Assembly (NCBI GenBank): GCA_047639455.1
Contig: JBLINS010000003.1
Span: 3 to 64,002, forward strand
DNA: 64,000 nucleotides
Direction: 5' to 3'
From: Candidatus Omnitrophota bacterium
Lineage (GTDB): Bacteria; Omnitrophota; Gorgyraeia; 2-02-FULL-51-18; JAGOUK01
In this document: positions 9,344-20,803 of the stretch, in pieces
Layout of the letters: each line of letters begins with the position of its first letter
Numbering within the stretch: the first letter of the stretch is position 1
The notes under the pieces: generated by a model
The model's input: only the letters and a program-made list of their open reading frames with translations
Database searches by the model: none
What the model was told of the DNA's origin: nothing
Position numbers and translations under genes: made by a program

Positions 9344-10132
9344 ATGAATATAGAGAAGTTCTTTTTAATTGCTTTGTTTTTTTATGTTTTGAGCATATTG
9401 TTGGCGATTGGGTCTAAGCGTATGGAATCACGCTTGTCTTTGCCCGGGTCATCAGCCAGCTATTTTCTTTCAACCGGCGTGGTAGGGCTACTTCTCATCG
9501 TCCGATCTTTGGGTCCGGATCACGGGATATTGTCGGACTATTTTGCGGGTATGTTGTTTGCTATATTGATATTGGGAATTGTTTATTTATTGGTTGGTTT
9601 TAAGATCAAATTGCCTTTTGCTCCAGCAGCATTGTCCGCATTTAGTATTCTTTTGGGTGCGATGGCCATATTTCATTTTGATAGTACGACTGACGCGACA
9701 TTGAATGGACCTTTTTTGAAGGGGCATATTTATTTAATGTTTGCGGCAATAGCGGCCTATTCATTTTCTTGTCTCTTTGCAGTTTTGTATTTGCTTCAAG
9801 AGAACATAATTAAGAAGAAAAAAATCGGCGCCTTATTCATTAATTTACCTCCCTTAGAAGCAACTAGTCGAATGAATTTTATTGCTTTAGCTATTGGGAC
9901 TTCAGCATTATTTGCCGGTGTGCTAGGTGGTATGACCCATATTGCTAAGACAAGCGGATTAACATCAGTCCTTTGGGAGCCAGCAACTTTATTAGCTTTT
10001 GTGATGACGGCGGTTTATATCGCCTTGGTTTTTATACGCAAAGGGCCCATGGAGCGTGCACGCACAATGTCTTATACGAGTATTATTTGCTATTGTTTAA
10101 TGCTCATTGTTTTTATGGGAGCACATAGGTAA
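9344..10132 (+). CDS. HemX/CcsA-family integral membrane protein
   Basis: 262-aa polytopic membrane protein. Its stop overlaps the hemA start (taATGg), the arrangement seen for hemX-hemA. Confidence 0.5.
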   Translation: MNIEKFFLIALFFYVLSILLAIGSKRMESRLSLPGSSASYFLSTGVVGLLLIVRSLGPDHGILSDYFAGMLFAILILGIVYLLVGFKIKLPFAPAALSAFSILLGAMAIFHFDSTTDATLNGPFLKGHIYLMFAAIAAYSFSCLFAVLYLLQENIIKKKKIGALFINLPPLEATSRMNFIALAIGTSALFAGVLGGMTHIAKTSGLTSVLWEPATLLAFVMTAVYIALVFIRKGPMERARTMSYTSIICYCLMLIVFMGAHR

Positions 10133-11211
10133 TGGCTGACAAAATTTCACTAAAGTCATTTATTCTAATAGGCGTTAATCACAAAACAGCACCTGTTAGC
10201 ATTCGTGAAAAATTCTCTGTGTCAGAATCTGATTATGCATCATTCAATGCTAAATTAACTAATCATACGAAGTGTTTAGAACAGGTGGTGGTGTCTACCT
10301 GTAATCGCACGGAAGTTTATTTAATTAGTGATATAGACGAAATATCAGACAAAGTCATTAGTTTATTAGTTGAACATAGTGAATTGACCATTGATGAAGT
10401 GCGCGACCGCACCTATTATAAGACCGGCATAGACGCTATAAGGCATTTAATGGTTGTGGTCTCCGGCCTTGATTCTATGGCTTTGGGTGAGACCGAAATA
10501 TTAGGCCAAATCAAAACGGCTTATCTCAAGTCGCATGCAGACGGGTTAACAAAAAAATATTTTAATATATTGTTTCAAAAGGCTCTCAAATTGGGTAAGG
10601 ACGTGCGTACCGAGACTTCTATTGGAGTTGGTAATGTTAGCATTGCCTCGATTGGCGTCAAGCTGGCTATGAAAATTTTTAGTAAATTAGATAAGAAAAA
10701 AGTATTGCTGATTGGCTCGGGTCAGGTTGCTAGATCAGTATGCGAGGCCCTAGTGAACGCAGGTGTTAAAGATTTGATTATTGCTAATCGAAATCGCGAA
10801 AGAGCTGAGGGTCTGGTTGAGGAATTTAGTGGTCGCGCGATTTGCTTTGAGGATATGGATGCAGGTGCAGCACTTGCTGATATTGTGATATCATCTGCGG
10901 GAGCGCCTAAGCCATTTATTCATTCGAAACGTGTTGAGTTGTGGAAAGTGAATAGGTCTCAGAACCCAATTTTTATGATTGATTTGGGCTTACCGCGAAA
11001 CATAGATGAAGACGTTAATGATATGAGTGATATTTATTTATATAATTTGGATGATTTGCAACTGATTGCCAGTAAGGCAATGCAAGGCCGTAAATCCTCG
11101 ATGATGGCCTGCGAAAGTATGGTTGATAAAGCGTGTGGATTATTTGAGAATTGGATTAAAAGTGATTCTCAATATAAAGGAGGTAGAATTGAAACTCACC
11201 AATTGGATTAA
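10132..11211 (+). CDS. hemA: glutamyl-tRNA reductase
   Basis: LIGVNHKTAPVSIREKFS, CNRTEVY, GETEILGQIK and the NADPH-binding LLIGSGQVAR. Confidence 0.9.
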   Translation: MADKISLKSFILIGVNHKTAPVSIREKFSVSESDYASFNAKLTNHTKCLEQVVVSTCNRTEVYLISDIDEISDKVISLLVEHSELTIDEVRDRTYYKTGIDAIRHLMVVVSGLDSMALGETEILGQIKTAYLKSHADGLTKKYFNILFQKALKLGKDVRTETSIGVGNVSIASIGVKLAMKIFSKLDKKKVLLIGSGQVARSVCEALVNAGVKDLIIANRNRERAEGLVEEFSGRAICFEDMDAGAALADIVISSAGAPKPFIHSKRVELWKVNRSQNPIFMIDLGLPRNIDEDVNDMSDIYLYNLDDLQLIASKAMQGRKSSMMACESMVDKACGLFENWIKSDSQYKGGRIETHQLD

Positions 11212-12595
11212 AAAGACACCACTTACTTTGGGGCTGCTGACCTTGTTGTTGGGCGTGCAATTCTGGTTCTCATCCGATGCGAATGCTAGCTCTGGTCATG
11301 GCGCCGCTGCGGCGCAAACATTTTTGTGGATTGCTATTATTTTGTTGGCAGCCAAAATATCTGGATTTGTTGAACGCTTTGGTCAACCTGCTGTATTAGG
11401 TGAATTAGTCATCGGTGTTCTCATCGGAAATATGGTCTTATTAGGGTGTGATTTTTTTGAACCCATTAAACATCAGCCTATTATAGAATTCTTGTCCGAA
11501 TTAGGTGTGGTTATTCTTCTTTTTCAAATTGGTTTAGAGTCCACTTTAGGGGATATGCTTAAGGTTGGTAAAGTGTCGCTCATGGTAGCTGTTGCGGGTG
11601 TTGTGGTGCCTTTTGTAGTCGGCACCTATATGGTCGGACCACTTCTATTACCAGGCTTGGACTTCAATGCTTATTTGTTTTTTGGCGCTACGATGACGGC
11701 CACGTCTGTAGGTATTACGGCACGTGTTTTCAAAGATCTCAATGCATTAAATACACCTGAGGCGCGTATTGTATTAGGCGCGGCGGTGATTGATGATATT
11801 TTGGGCCTTATCTTATTGGCAGTCATTTCTGTGATTGTGACGACTGGAACGGCGAGCGTCGGTCTGGTGGCTGTGATTTTGGCTAAAGCCATAGGCTTCT
11901 TAATTGGCTCCTTCTTATTGGGCCACTTCTTAGCCCCAAGTATGAATACGTTATTTTCAAAAATTCACGCGGGTCGAGAAATGAAATTCACTTTGGCAAT
12001 TAGCACTTGTTTAGTATTTGCTTATGCGGCTCAATTAATTGGCTTAGCGCCTATTGTAGGTGCCTTTGCGGCTGGATTGGTTGTGACCCCCATACATTTC
12101 AAAGACTTTGATGAGCCTGAAGTGGCATCAGACCTAAAGTCGTTAACCACTAATATGTCGGTTGAGGAAAAAAAATCGGTTGAAGCCTTGATTCATAAAT
12201 ATGAACATCATCATGTTGACCATTTGATTGAGCCATTGGCGCATTTTTTGGTGCCTATATTCTTCGTATTAACCGGTATTAATGTCAAATTAGACACTTT
12301 ATTTGACCCCAAGGTATTGACTGTAGCGATTGGCTTGTCTATAGCAGCCATACTCACTAAGCTTGTGACGGGTTTCTTTGCTGGCAAAGTGAATCGCATG
12401 ATCGTGGGTTGGGGTATGGTGCCACGTGGTGAAGTTGGGCTTATATTCGCTATGATTGGTAAATCACTCGGCGTGGTTAATGACGAAGTATTCTCGGTTA
12501 TTGTGATCATGGTCATTATAACGACCCTAGTCACACCTCCGATGCTAGGCATGCTGATCAAGAAGCAAAAAAAAGCGGCTTCAAATCAAGCTTAA
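11190..12595 (+). CDS. monovalent cation:proton antiporter (CPA2 / Kef-NapA type)
   Basis: Na+/H+ exchanger-family TM pattern, 12-13 TM segments. The RBS AAAGGAGG precedes a TTG at about 11190. The tabulated ATG at 11123 lies inside hemA. Confidence 0.7.
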
Positions 12596-12610
12596 ATCAA
12601 TAAAAAACTT

Positions 12611-13507
12611 GTGAGTAAACAACCTCAGAAAACAATAGCCATTGTTTATGATTTTGATGGAACGCTCATGCCCGGAAATATGCAAGAGCCGACTATCTTT
12701 GAACATTATGGAATAAAGGCCAGTGAGTTTTGGGGACAGGCCGAAAAATTAGTTTTAGAGCAAGGTTATGAGCGGACTTTGGCGTATCTAAAGTTGCTTA
12801 TCGACGATGAACGCTTTTCCAAAGAGCCACTCACGCCTCAATTCCTGCGTGAATTAGCTGCAAAAAAAATCACTTATTTTGAGGGTGTGGAAGAGTATTT
12901 TGACTATTTAGAGCGCGCCATACTAGAGATCCGCGAAGTTCGTGATTTGGGTATTGTAATAGAACATTATATTGTTTCTAGCGGCATGAGCGAATTGGTA
13001 AAAGGTTGCTCCATAGCTAAGTATTTTAAGAAAATATATGCTTGCGACTTTGCTTATGAAGATGATCGCCCCGTCTTTCCCAAGCTAGTGATTAATGACA
13101 CCAATAAAACCCAATTTTTGTTCCGCATTAATAAAGGCAAATTGGATTTGGCTGAGAATATCAACTCACATATGCGCGAAGAAGACAGGCCCATCCCTTT
13201 TAGGAATATGGTATATATTGGCGACGGATTAACAGACATTCCTTCCATGACTGTTGTTCAAAAAAGTGGAGGACATGCGATTGCCGTATTCGATCCCACA
13301 AAAAAAGTGCCCCTTGAAGTTGAACAAATGGTACAGGAGAGAAGAGCTGATCACTTGGCGCCTGCTGATTATCGAAATGATAAATTATTAGTTAAGATTA
13401 TTCATAAAGCCATACGCAAAATCGTGCATGACATTGCATATCGCGCTTCATCAAAAATGTCTAAGGATTGGGTTGAAGACGTGCAACGGACTGGATCAAG
13501 TGAATAA
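12611..13507 (+). CDS. HAD-superfamily hydrolase
   Basis: Motif [10 protein letters not shown]-terminal GDGLTD (motif IV). GTG start. Confidence 0.5.
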   Translation: MSKQPQKTIAIVYDFDGTLMPGNMQEPTIFEHYGIKASEFWGQAEKLVLEQGYERTLAYLKLLIDDERFSKEPLTPQFLRELAAKKITYFEGVEEYFDYLERAILEIREVRDLGIVIEHYIVSSGMSELVKGCSIAKYFKKIYACDFAYEDDRPVFPKLVINDTNKTQFLFRINKGKLDLAENINSHMREEDRPIPFRNMVYIGDGLTDIPSMTVVQKSGGHAIAVFDPTKKVPLEVEQMVQERRADHLAPADYRNDKLLVKIIHKAIRKIVHDIAYRASSKMSKDWVEDVQRTGSSE

Positions 13508-15680
13508 ACTATGCAAACTCATAGCCGCGATTGCTCTGGGAGCCACATTCATGACTAATGCGCAGGCTGAACAAAAGCCAATGCACACGAATGAACTTGT
13601 GCACGAAAAAAGCCCTTATTTACTTCAACATGCCCACAATCCTGTTAATTGGTATCCTTGGGGTGCCAAAGCTTTTGAAAAAGCCAAAACCGAAAACAAA
13701 CCTATATTTTTGTCTATTGGCTATTCAACATGCCATTGGTGTCATGTCATGGAAGAGGAGTCCTTTGAAAATGAAGCTGTTGCGGCTTTATTGAACCAAA
13801 ATTTTATTTCCATTAAAGTGGATCGCGAAGAGCGCCCTGATATAGATCAAATTTATATGAGTTTTGTTATAGCAACAACGGGTAGCGGCGGCTGGCCGAT
13901 GTCTGTATTCCTCACACCTGATCGAAATCCCTTTTATGGCGGCACATACTTTCCGCCAGATGATCGTTATGGGCGACCTGGCTTCAAGTCCGTTTTGACA
14001 AAATTGTCAGAGTCCTGGAAAGAAAAACGTGAAGAAATAGAAAAATCAGGTACGAGCTTTGTTGATTACTTTAATCAACACAATGCATCTACTGATGAAG
14101 AATTGCCTGATGCAAGTTTTTTGACCAACGCTTATAGGCTTATGTCAGAAAATCATGATAAAGCCGATGGCGGCTTTGGCAGTGCACCCAAATTCCCATC
14201 GCCCCATAGCCTGATGTTCTTAATGCGTTATTTTCAAAGTACGGGTGAACAACAGGCTTTGGCCATGTCAACTTTGACTTTAGACAAAATGGCTGATGGT
14301 GGAATATATGATCGTTTAGCCGGTGGATTTCATCGTTATTCGGTAGATAAAGAATGGTTTGTGCCTCATTTTGAAAAAATGCTTTATGACCAAGCTATGT
14401 TACTAAAGGCTTACTCGGAAGCTTATAACATCACGCAAAAGCCTCTATACGCTAGTGTTATACGCGAAACAGTCGATTATTTATTGCGGGACTTATTAGC
14501 GCCTGAAGGCGCTTTTTATTCAGCTGAAGACGCAGATAGTTTTGACCCAATTGATCCCAATATAAAACGTGAAGGCGCGTTTTATGTATGGTCATGGACC
14601 GATTTGACGCAAGTTTTGAGCGATGAAGAATTAAACTTAGCTGCTTATATATGGGGTCTTGATCCTGGCGGAAACGTTCAAGAAGACCCGCATCATGAAT
14701 TCACCAATCAAAATATCCTACATCAAGTCAAGACCGAGCTAGAGGCGACGTCAAAGTTCAATAAGACTCTTGAGGAAATTAATACGAGTACAAAACAAAT
14801 CCAAAAGAAGTTATTTGCCTTACAGCAATCAAGACCACGTCCACATTTGGATGATAAGATTTTGACCGATTGGAATGGTTTATTGATTTCAGCATTAGCT
14901 AAGAGCGCTAAGGCTTTAGATGAGCCCAAATTCACGCAAGCCGCAGAGGGCGCCGCTGAATTTTTATTAAATACCATGAAACAGCCTGATGGAACGCTTT
15001 ATCATCGTTTTCGCAAGGGCGAGGCAGGGATAGCTGGGCAATTGGATGATTATGTCTTTTTAGCGGAAGGGTTAATGGATTTGTATTCAGTGACGGCTAA
15101 GGTATCTTATTTAATAGAAGCTCAAGACTTGATGGATATTGCGATTAGAGATTTTTGGGATGAGGAGACTGAAAGTTTCTTTATGACGGGCAAAGACCAA
15201 ATAGGTTATTTAATCGTGCGTCCTAAGAACTTTCATGATGGCGCAACACCCTCAGGCAATTCAAGCGCTATCACGGTATTGCTAAAATTATCCAAAATGA
15301 CCCAAAATAAACTATATGCCGAAATAGCCTCTAAATTATTAAGTACTTTCAAACCCCAATTGTCATCAGGGCCCTTATCGCATAGCCAAGCCTTAAATGG
15401 ACTCAACTTTTGGGTAGGCCCAACGTCTGAAGTGGTGATTAAAGGTGACCCTCAGTCAAATGAAACGCAGGCTCTTGTTGAGATTGTTCAAAGCACCTAT
15501 TTGCCCAATAGCATTGTCTTATTCAATTATCCTGAACAATCCCTAGAAACTTTTGCACCCTGGACACAAAAACAAACCTTAATCGATTCAAAGCCCACTG
15601 CCTATGTTTGCAAAGACTATGTCTGTGGATTACCCACCAATGAGATCAATAAACTCAAAGAACTATTAGCCACACTTTAA
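13500..15680 (+). CDS. thioredoxin-domain protein, DUF255/YyaL family (N-terminal thioredoxin-like plus six-hairpin glycosidase-like)
   Basis: [44 protein letters not shown] is the hallmark of the COG1331 family. A GTG at 13500 gives a signal peptide ending AQA. Confidence 0.8.
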   Translation: MNKLCKLIAAIALGATFMTNAQAEQKPMHTNELVHEKSPYLLQHAHNPVNWYPWGAKAFEKAKTENKPIFLSIGYSTCHWCHVMEEESFENEAVAALLNQNFISIKVDREERPDIDQIYMSFVIATTGSGGWPMSVFLTPDRNPFYGGTYFPPDDRYGRPGFKSVLTKLSESWKEKREEIEKSGTSFVDYFNQHNASTDEELPDASFLTNAYRLMSENHDKADGGFGSAPKFPSPHSLMFLMRYFQSTGEQQALAMSTLTLDKMADGGIYDRLAGGFHRYSVDKEWFVPHFEKMLYDQAMLLKAYSEAYNITQKPLYASVIRETVDYLLRDLLAPEGAFYSAEDADSFDPIDPNIKREGAFYVWSWTDLTQVLSDEELNLAAYIWGLDPGGNVQEDPHHEFTNQNILHQVKTELEATSKFNKTLEEINTSTKQIQKKLFALQQSRPRPHLDDKILTDWNGLLISALAKSAKALDEPKFTQAAEGAAEFLLNTMKQPDGTLYHRFRKGEAGIAGQLDDYVFLAEGLMDLYSVTAKVSYLIEAQDLMDIAIRDFWDEETESFFMTGKDQIGYLIVRPKNFHDGATPSGNSSAITVLLKLSKMTQNKLYAEIASKLLSTFKPQLSSGPLSHSQALNGLNFWVGPTSEVVIKGDPQSNETQALVEIVQSTYLPNSIVLFNYPEQSLETFAPWTQKQTLIDSKPTAYVCKDYVCGLPTNEINKLKELLATL

Positions 15681-15772
15681 CTAGCTGCACTACAAGTGTT
15701 GCGTTCAAATACGAGCGACACAAGGTATTAAAATCTATTTTTGTCTGTCTACAAGTCACAAATTCGAGAAGA

Positions 15773-15880
15773 CCGTCATCCTGAACCACGCGTAGCAGTG
15801 GTGTGAGGATCTCACAAAAAAGTCTTAGACTAGCTTTGTAGTACTTAGTCAAATGCATTCTGGGGGATCTACAAGGGCCT
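15773..15880. repeat. MITE/REP-like element (gtcatcctga variant)
   Basis: ccgtcatcctgaaccacgcgtagcagtggtgtgaggatc, plus a gggggatc block shared with the 5140 copy. Confidence 0.6.
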
Positions 15881-15997
15881 CACCAACTCGGCCCGTGTGT
15901 GCCAAGAATACGTTGAATAAACGTAATGCTATATAAAAGATGAAGGTTTGGCCCTTCGAAGGCGATTTACAGGAATGGCCTTCAAACTACCTTATGG

Positions 15998-17830
15998 TGC
16001 GTTGATCTGAAAAGACAAGGTGCTTAGCAATAAGGAAAAGGCGTAACTTTGTATTACGTCAAGTATGTACCAAGGAGATGAACGAAAGTGAACCACCGTT
16101 GAAGTGTCGAAAGAGCTATTAATGTCAAAACTGAATCTCTACGGGTGGATTCAGGATAAGTCCATGAGAAAAAACTGTTTACTGCTTGGACGGCATTCGG
16201 TATGAAGGTGGCATGAACTTGGTACAGGCTTTTATATGGAACTTGGGAACTTGTCATAAGTGATGTTAAGGGAGAAGCCTCGAAAAAGAGAAGACCTCTT
16301 AGGGTGAGAGTGCCGATGCATAATGACAGGGGCGGAATAACTCGTAGTAGCGCTAGAAGCTTCTGTAATGGAAGTGGAGCGAAGGGGTTATATCGTCCGT
16401 CTCTTAAACTAAAAGGACAACTTGCAAATAATGAAGGATGAACTCGATGGTCCGAGAAAACCGTTTAGCATTCCAAAGCAATATGTTTGGATAGCTTATA
16501 AACGAGTGAAGGCTAACCAAGGTGCTTGTGGAGTAGACAAAATGTCCATAGAAGACTTAGATAGAGATCGGGAACGGAATCTATATAAGCTTTGGAATAG
16601 AATGTCTTCAGGAACTTACTTCCCTCCACCAGTCAAGCTTGTTGAAATCCCCAAGAAATCTGGAGGTATGAGACCTCTTGGAATTCCAACAGTGTTAGAC
16701 CGTATTGCCCAAATGGTAGTTAAAATGATTCTGGAGGTAAAAGTAGAACCTCACTTCCATCCAGATTCATATGCGTATAGGCCAAAGAAGTCTGCAATAC
16801 AAGCCGTTGGTCAAACAAGACGCAGATGTTGGCGTTATGCTTGGGCTATAGACTTAGATATTAAAGGCTTCTTTGACAACCTAGACCATGAACTACTATT
16901 GAAAGCAGTTAGGCATCATACCGATTCTAAATGGATATTGCTCTATATTGAAAGATGGCTCAAAGCCAAATTACAATTAAAAGACAAGTCTTTAAAGAAT
17001 CGGGATAAGGGAACACCGCAAGGAGGAGTGATTAGTCCATTATTAGCTAATCTCTACTTACATTATACAATTGACGCATGGATGGAGAGAACATATCCAG
17101 AAAATCCATTCGAACGTTATGCAGATGATATTGTGGTACATGCTAAAACGCAAGAAGAAGCCACGGCATTATTCACAGCCATTACCAAGCGGCTAAAAGA
17201 CTGTGGGCTTGAAGTAAATAAGCAAAAGACAAAGATCGTCTCTTGTGAGAATGATAAACGACAAGGAAATGACTCCATTCGAAAATTCGACTTTCAAGGG
17301 TTTGCCTTTCAACCAAGAAAGACAAGAAGTAGAAAAGGACATGACTTTATCGGCTTCAACCCAGGCATTAGTCCTAAATCCGCTACAGCAATTCGCAGAA
17401 CAATGCGTACATGGCAACTTCACAGACGTAATAGAGAATCCTTATCCATACTCGCTCATGAAATTAATCCGATCTTAAACGGATGGATTAATTATTATGG
17501 TAAGTATCGTAAGTCAGATCTTTACTCAGTTTTTGACTCACTTGATAGCACAATAATGCGTTGGGTGATGAGAAAATACAAGAGATTCCGAAATCGCAAA
17601 AGAAAGGCAAGGGCTTGGCTACGTGGGGTTAAATCACGAGATCCAAGACTCTTCGCTCACTGGCAACTCGGAAACTCTAACGGTCAATGGATGATAGGAG
17701 CCGTATGAATCGAGAGATTCACGTACGGATCTGTGGGAGCCTTGGAGGTGTGATTCCTCTAGGCCACCCGACTCGTAGCATGGGCTCTTTATTCATCGCC
17801 CACGAACCGTTGCTTAATACGCGCTCCTCA
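15998..17830 (+). mobile_element. bacterial group II intron (boundaries approximate)
   Basis: Candidate 5' GUGCG at 15998. IEP ORF in domain IV. Textbook domain V GAGCCGTATGAATCGAGAGATTCACGTACGGATC at 17698-17731, just after the ORF stop. The 3' end was not resolved by eye. Confidence 0.6.
16422..17708 (+). CDS. group II intron-encoded reverse transcriptase/maturase
   Basis: RT blocks: PKKSGGMRPLGIPTVLDRIAQ, F.DNLDH, GTPQGGVISPLLANLYL and YADDIVV. A C-terminal X/maturase region. No En domain (428 aa). Confidence 0.9.
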   Translation: MQIMKDELDGPRKPFSIPKQYVWIAYKRVKANQGACGVDKMSIEDLDRDRERNLYKLWNRMSSGTYFPPPVKLVEIPKKSGGMRPLGIPTVLDRIAQMVVKMILEVKVEPHFHPDSYAYRPKKSAIQAVGQTRRRCWRYAWAIDLDIKGFFDNLDHELLLKAVRHHTDSKWILLYIERWLKAKLQLKDKSLKNRDKGTPQGGVISPLLANLYLHYTIDAWMERTYPENPFERYADDIVVHAKTQEEATALFTAITKRLKDCGLEVNKQKTKIVSCENDKRQGNDSIRKFDFQGFAFQPRKTRSRKGHDFIGFNPGISPKSATAIRRTMRTWQLHRRNRESLSILAHEINPILNGWINYYGKYRKSDLYSVFDSLDSTIMRWVMRKYKRFRNRKRKARAWLRGVKSRDPRLFAHWQLGNSNGQWMIGAV

Positions 17831-17880
17831 TGGTGACGGTGGCATCTCATCAATTACATATCTAGGATCAGGCAATAAAA

Positions 17881-17910
17881 AACCCGAGTCGTGAGACTCG
17901 GGTTTTTTAT
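17881..17910. terminator. bidirectional rho-independent terminator
   Basis: aacccgagtc-gtga-gactcgggtt is a 10-bp perfect stem, flanked by an A-tract upstream and TTTTTT downstream. It lies 21 nt beyond the glnN stop on the minus strand. Confidence 0.8.
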
Positions 17911-17930
17911 TATCTAATTTAAGTAATGGG

Positions 17931-20138
17931 TTACTTAATGAATAACATTTCTTGATAAGTTGGAAGTGGCCACAAATCATCAGGGATGAGCTCTTCTAAT
18001 AGATCTGCGTAAGAGCGAACTTTGTCCATTAAAGGCAATACAGCTTTGCAATTATATGCAGCTTCTTCTTTAATTGATTTGAAGCCCGTTTTATCCTTAG
18101 CGTCTTCCAATTCAGCTAATGATGATTGAAGTTCATTCAATAGCTCAGTGACTTCTTCGAGTATGGCTATATTTGGCTCAATGTTTAAGTCAGTTAAGCC
18201 TTGAGCAGCATCGATGAGCTCATTCTGATAGCGCACGGTTGCAGGAATGATCATGGTCTTTGTCATGCGTTTAACCAGGTTGCACTCAACATTAAGAGTC
18301 ATCACGTATTGTTCGAGATAAATCTCAACACGACTTTGCATTTCGCGTTTAGACAATACTTTGTATTTAGCGAAGGTTGACGTGACTGCTGGTGCAAGCA
18401 TAGCAGGCAAAGCTTCAGGAGCTGTTCTGAGGTTGGGTAAGCCACGTTTTTCGGCTTCTTTATGCCAAGCTTCAGAGTATCCATCACCATTAAAGATAAT
18501 CGCACCATGTTCAGTGATGATTTCTTTAAGCAGCTTTTGGATAGCACCGTTAAGTTTCTTCGAATCACCCTTGGTGTCTTTTTCTAAGCGTGTGGCCATA
18601 TAGTCAATCGACTCAGCCATGATTGTATTCAATACAACCAATGGGCCGGATACACTCTGCTTTGAACCTACAGCGCGGAATTCAAAACGATTTCCGGTGA
18701 AGGCGAAAGGGCTGGTTCTATTACGATCACCCGCATCTCTAGGAAGAGGAGGCAAGGTGTCAACGCCAACTGTGAGAGCACCTTTGCGCTTAGATGACTT
18801 AGCACCACCTTTTTTGATTTGTTCAAAGACATCTGTCAATTGCTCGCCTAAGAATATGGAGAGTATTGCTGGTGGAGCTTCATTAGCACCTAAACGATGG
18901 TCATTAGACGCACTTGCAATCGCTGCACGTAATACAGAAGCGTATTTGTGTACAGCGCGTATAACGGCGGCACAGAATACCAGGAATTGTGCATTGTCAT
19001 GTGGGGTGTCACCTGGATCAAGTAAGTTTCCTTGCGTACTGTTTCCGACTGACCAATTGAGATGTTTGCCACTTCCATTAACGCCTTTGAAGGGTTTTTC
19101 ATGAAAGAGACAGGCCATGCCATGTTTGACAGCTACACTTTGAAGGATATACATAGTCAATTGTTGATGGTCGGTTGCAACATTACCATCTTCAAAGATA
19201 GGCGCTATTTCGTATTGACCGGGAGATACCTCATTATGTCTTGTTTTGGCAGGTATACCTAATTTATAAAGCTCACGTTCGCAGTCTTGCATGTAATCAA
19301 GCACACGCCCTGGTATGGACCCAAAATAATGGTCAGAGAATTCTTGACCCTTAGTTGAAGAAGCACCCATAACGGTTCTACCAGCTGTGATTAAGTCGGG
19401 ACGTGAATTGTAAAAATTACGATCGACTAAGAAGTATTCTTGTTCTGCACCCGCGTAAGAAACTACACGAGAAATATTGGAATGACCAAATATTTTGAGC
19501 ATGCGCTTAACTTGTTGGCTTAAGGCTTGGCCCGACCTTAAAACAGGCGTCTTTTTGTCCAAAGCTTCGCCGGTCCAAGACATAAATGCCGTTGGGATTG
19601 AAAGCGTTGCACCATTCTTGCCATCTAGTATGTAAGGGGCAGAAGTTACATCCCAAGCGGTGTATCCACGCGCTTCAAAAGTGGAACGTATGCCACCATT
19701 GGGAAAGCTAGATGCATCAGGCTCACCTTGTATAAGTGTTTTGCCAGAGAATTCTAATATAGCTCCACCATCTCCATCGGGGGCTAAAAAGCCATCATGT
19801 TTTTCGGCAGTGGAACCAGTTAAAGGATGAAAGACATGCGCATAATGTGTAGCACCTTTTTCAACAGCCCAATCACGCATGGCTGCAGCAATGATATCAG
19901 CAACGGCCCAATCTAATTGTGAGCCAGTTTCTATAGATAGCATAACTGACTTATAAACTGATTTAGGTAATCTTTGCTTCATAATACGGGGGCTAAAAAC
20001 ATTAGTCCCGAATATTTCATTAATTGGGGTGGAGACAAAATTCATAGGTTCGTTTTGGTTTCCATTATTGTTGATGGTTGATATTGCAGCAACGCGCGCT
20101 TCCTTGCCGTTCATGGTTGTGCTCCCTTGATAAGTCAT
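17931..20138 (-). CDS. glnN: glutamine synthetase type III
   Basis: 735 aa, the GSIII length class. GS catalytic block [17 protein letters not shown]- and C-terminal GSIII-specific extensions. Confidence 0.85.
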   Translation of the reverse strand: MTYQGSTTMNGKEARVAAISTINNNGNQNEPMNFVSTPINEIFGTNVFSPRIMKQRLPKSVYKSVMLSIETGSQLDWAVADIIAAAMRDWAVEKGATHYAHVFHPLTGSTAEKHDGFLAPDGDGGAILEFSGKTLIQGEPDASSFPNGGIRSTFEARGYTAWDVTSAPYILDGKNGATLSIPTAFMSWTGEALDKKTPVLRSGQALSQQVKRMLKIFGHSNISRVVSYAGAEQEYFLVDRNFYNSRPDLITAGRTVMGASSTKGQEFSDHYFGSIPGRVLDYMQDCERELYKLGIPAKTRHNEVSPGQYEIAPIFEDGNVATDHQQLTMYILQSVAVKHGMACLFHEKPFKGVNGSGKHLNWSVGNSTQGNLLDPGDTPHDNAQFLVFCAAVIRAVHKYASVLRAAIASASNDHRLGANEAPPAILSIFLGEQLTDVFEQIKKGGAKSSKRKGALTVGVDTLPPLPRDAGDRNRTSPFAFTGNRFEFRAVGSKQSVSGPLVVLNTIMAESIDYMATRLEKDTKGDSKKLNGAIQKLLKEIITEHGAIIFNGDGYSEAWHKEAEKRGLPNLRTAPEALPAMLAPAVTSTFAKYKVLSKREMQSRVEIYLEQYVMTLNVECNLVKRMTKTMIIPATVRYQNELIDAAQGLTDLNIEPNIAILEEVTELLNELQSSLAELEDAKDKTGFKSIKEEAAYNCKAVLPLMDKVRSYADLLEELIPDDLWPLPTYQEMLFIK

Positions 20139-20569
20139 ATTTAACTCCTTAAACTAAGTTGGATGATATGTTGCATTTATTTCAATAAATCATTGAATTT
20201 ATGAGTGCAATCCATTAAAAAAAGGAAAGTACTTTTATACGTTTTTACCGCCTAAATAGCAAGCCCTTTGGACCTCATTAACATCTCAATAATATACGGT
20301 TTTATATTACAGTTATGTTACCTAATAATTAACAATATTCTCAAAAAAACAGAGTTTTTCTTGACCATTTTTACCTATATGACTATAACTCTGTTTCTTA
20401 ATCAAAATTTATCAAAAACTAACACATAATAAACAGCACATGCCCCTATTTACTAAGTATTTAGCGTGATTAACCGTCCAAGTAGGCATATTAAAAGAGT
20501 AGCTTTCAATATGCCTACTTAAGCGGTGAAAATAGGCCTAAAACTTGTATTTTTGAGCCCAGTTGAAAT

Positions 20570-20619
20570 AAATAGGGACACGTACTGTTTAATTAATTAA
20601 ACAGTACGTGTCCCTATTT
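20570..20619. promoter_or_regulatory. perfect 50-bp palindrome in the divergent glnN / giant-gene control region
   Basis: aaatagggacacgtactgtttaatt|aattaaacagtacgtgtccctattt is self-complementary across all 50 nt. Confidence 0.4.
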
Positions 20620-20803
20620 AATTAGAGTTGAATGGGATTTGTTGGGTTTTGGGTGGTTTTGCTTAGGTGGTTTTGTTGGAAGTGGGCCTTTTAAAACTGA
20701 ATGCTTATGGGGGCAAAAATAGGCTAGAAACTTGAATTTTGGGGGTCTGTTGGGCATACTTTAGCTATGTGTTTATAGTAGTTTATATAAGAATTATATA
20801 TAT

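Noticed and set aside
11123-11189. Tabulated start of the antiporter gene, and similar 5' extensions at 37803 (pgi) and 36689 (tal)
   Set aside because: The extensions overlap the preceding genes (hemA, tal) or add residues before a clear RBS-start pair. Internal starts preceded by Shine-Dalgarno sequences are more plausible.
18302-19262. Small ORFs on both strands within glnN (18361-18603, 18619-19104, 18890-19123, 19062-19262)
   Set aside because: They lie inside or antisense to the well-supported type III glutamine synthetase frame.
20581-20606. Possible NtcA-type GTA-N8-TAC site near glnN
   Set aside because: The only GTA...TAC arrangements are parts of the 50-bp palindrome and do not have the N8 spacing (GTA-N8-TAT at best). 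Not supportable.
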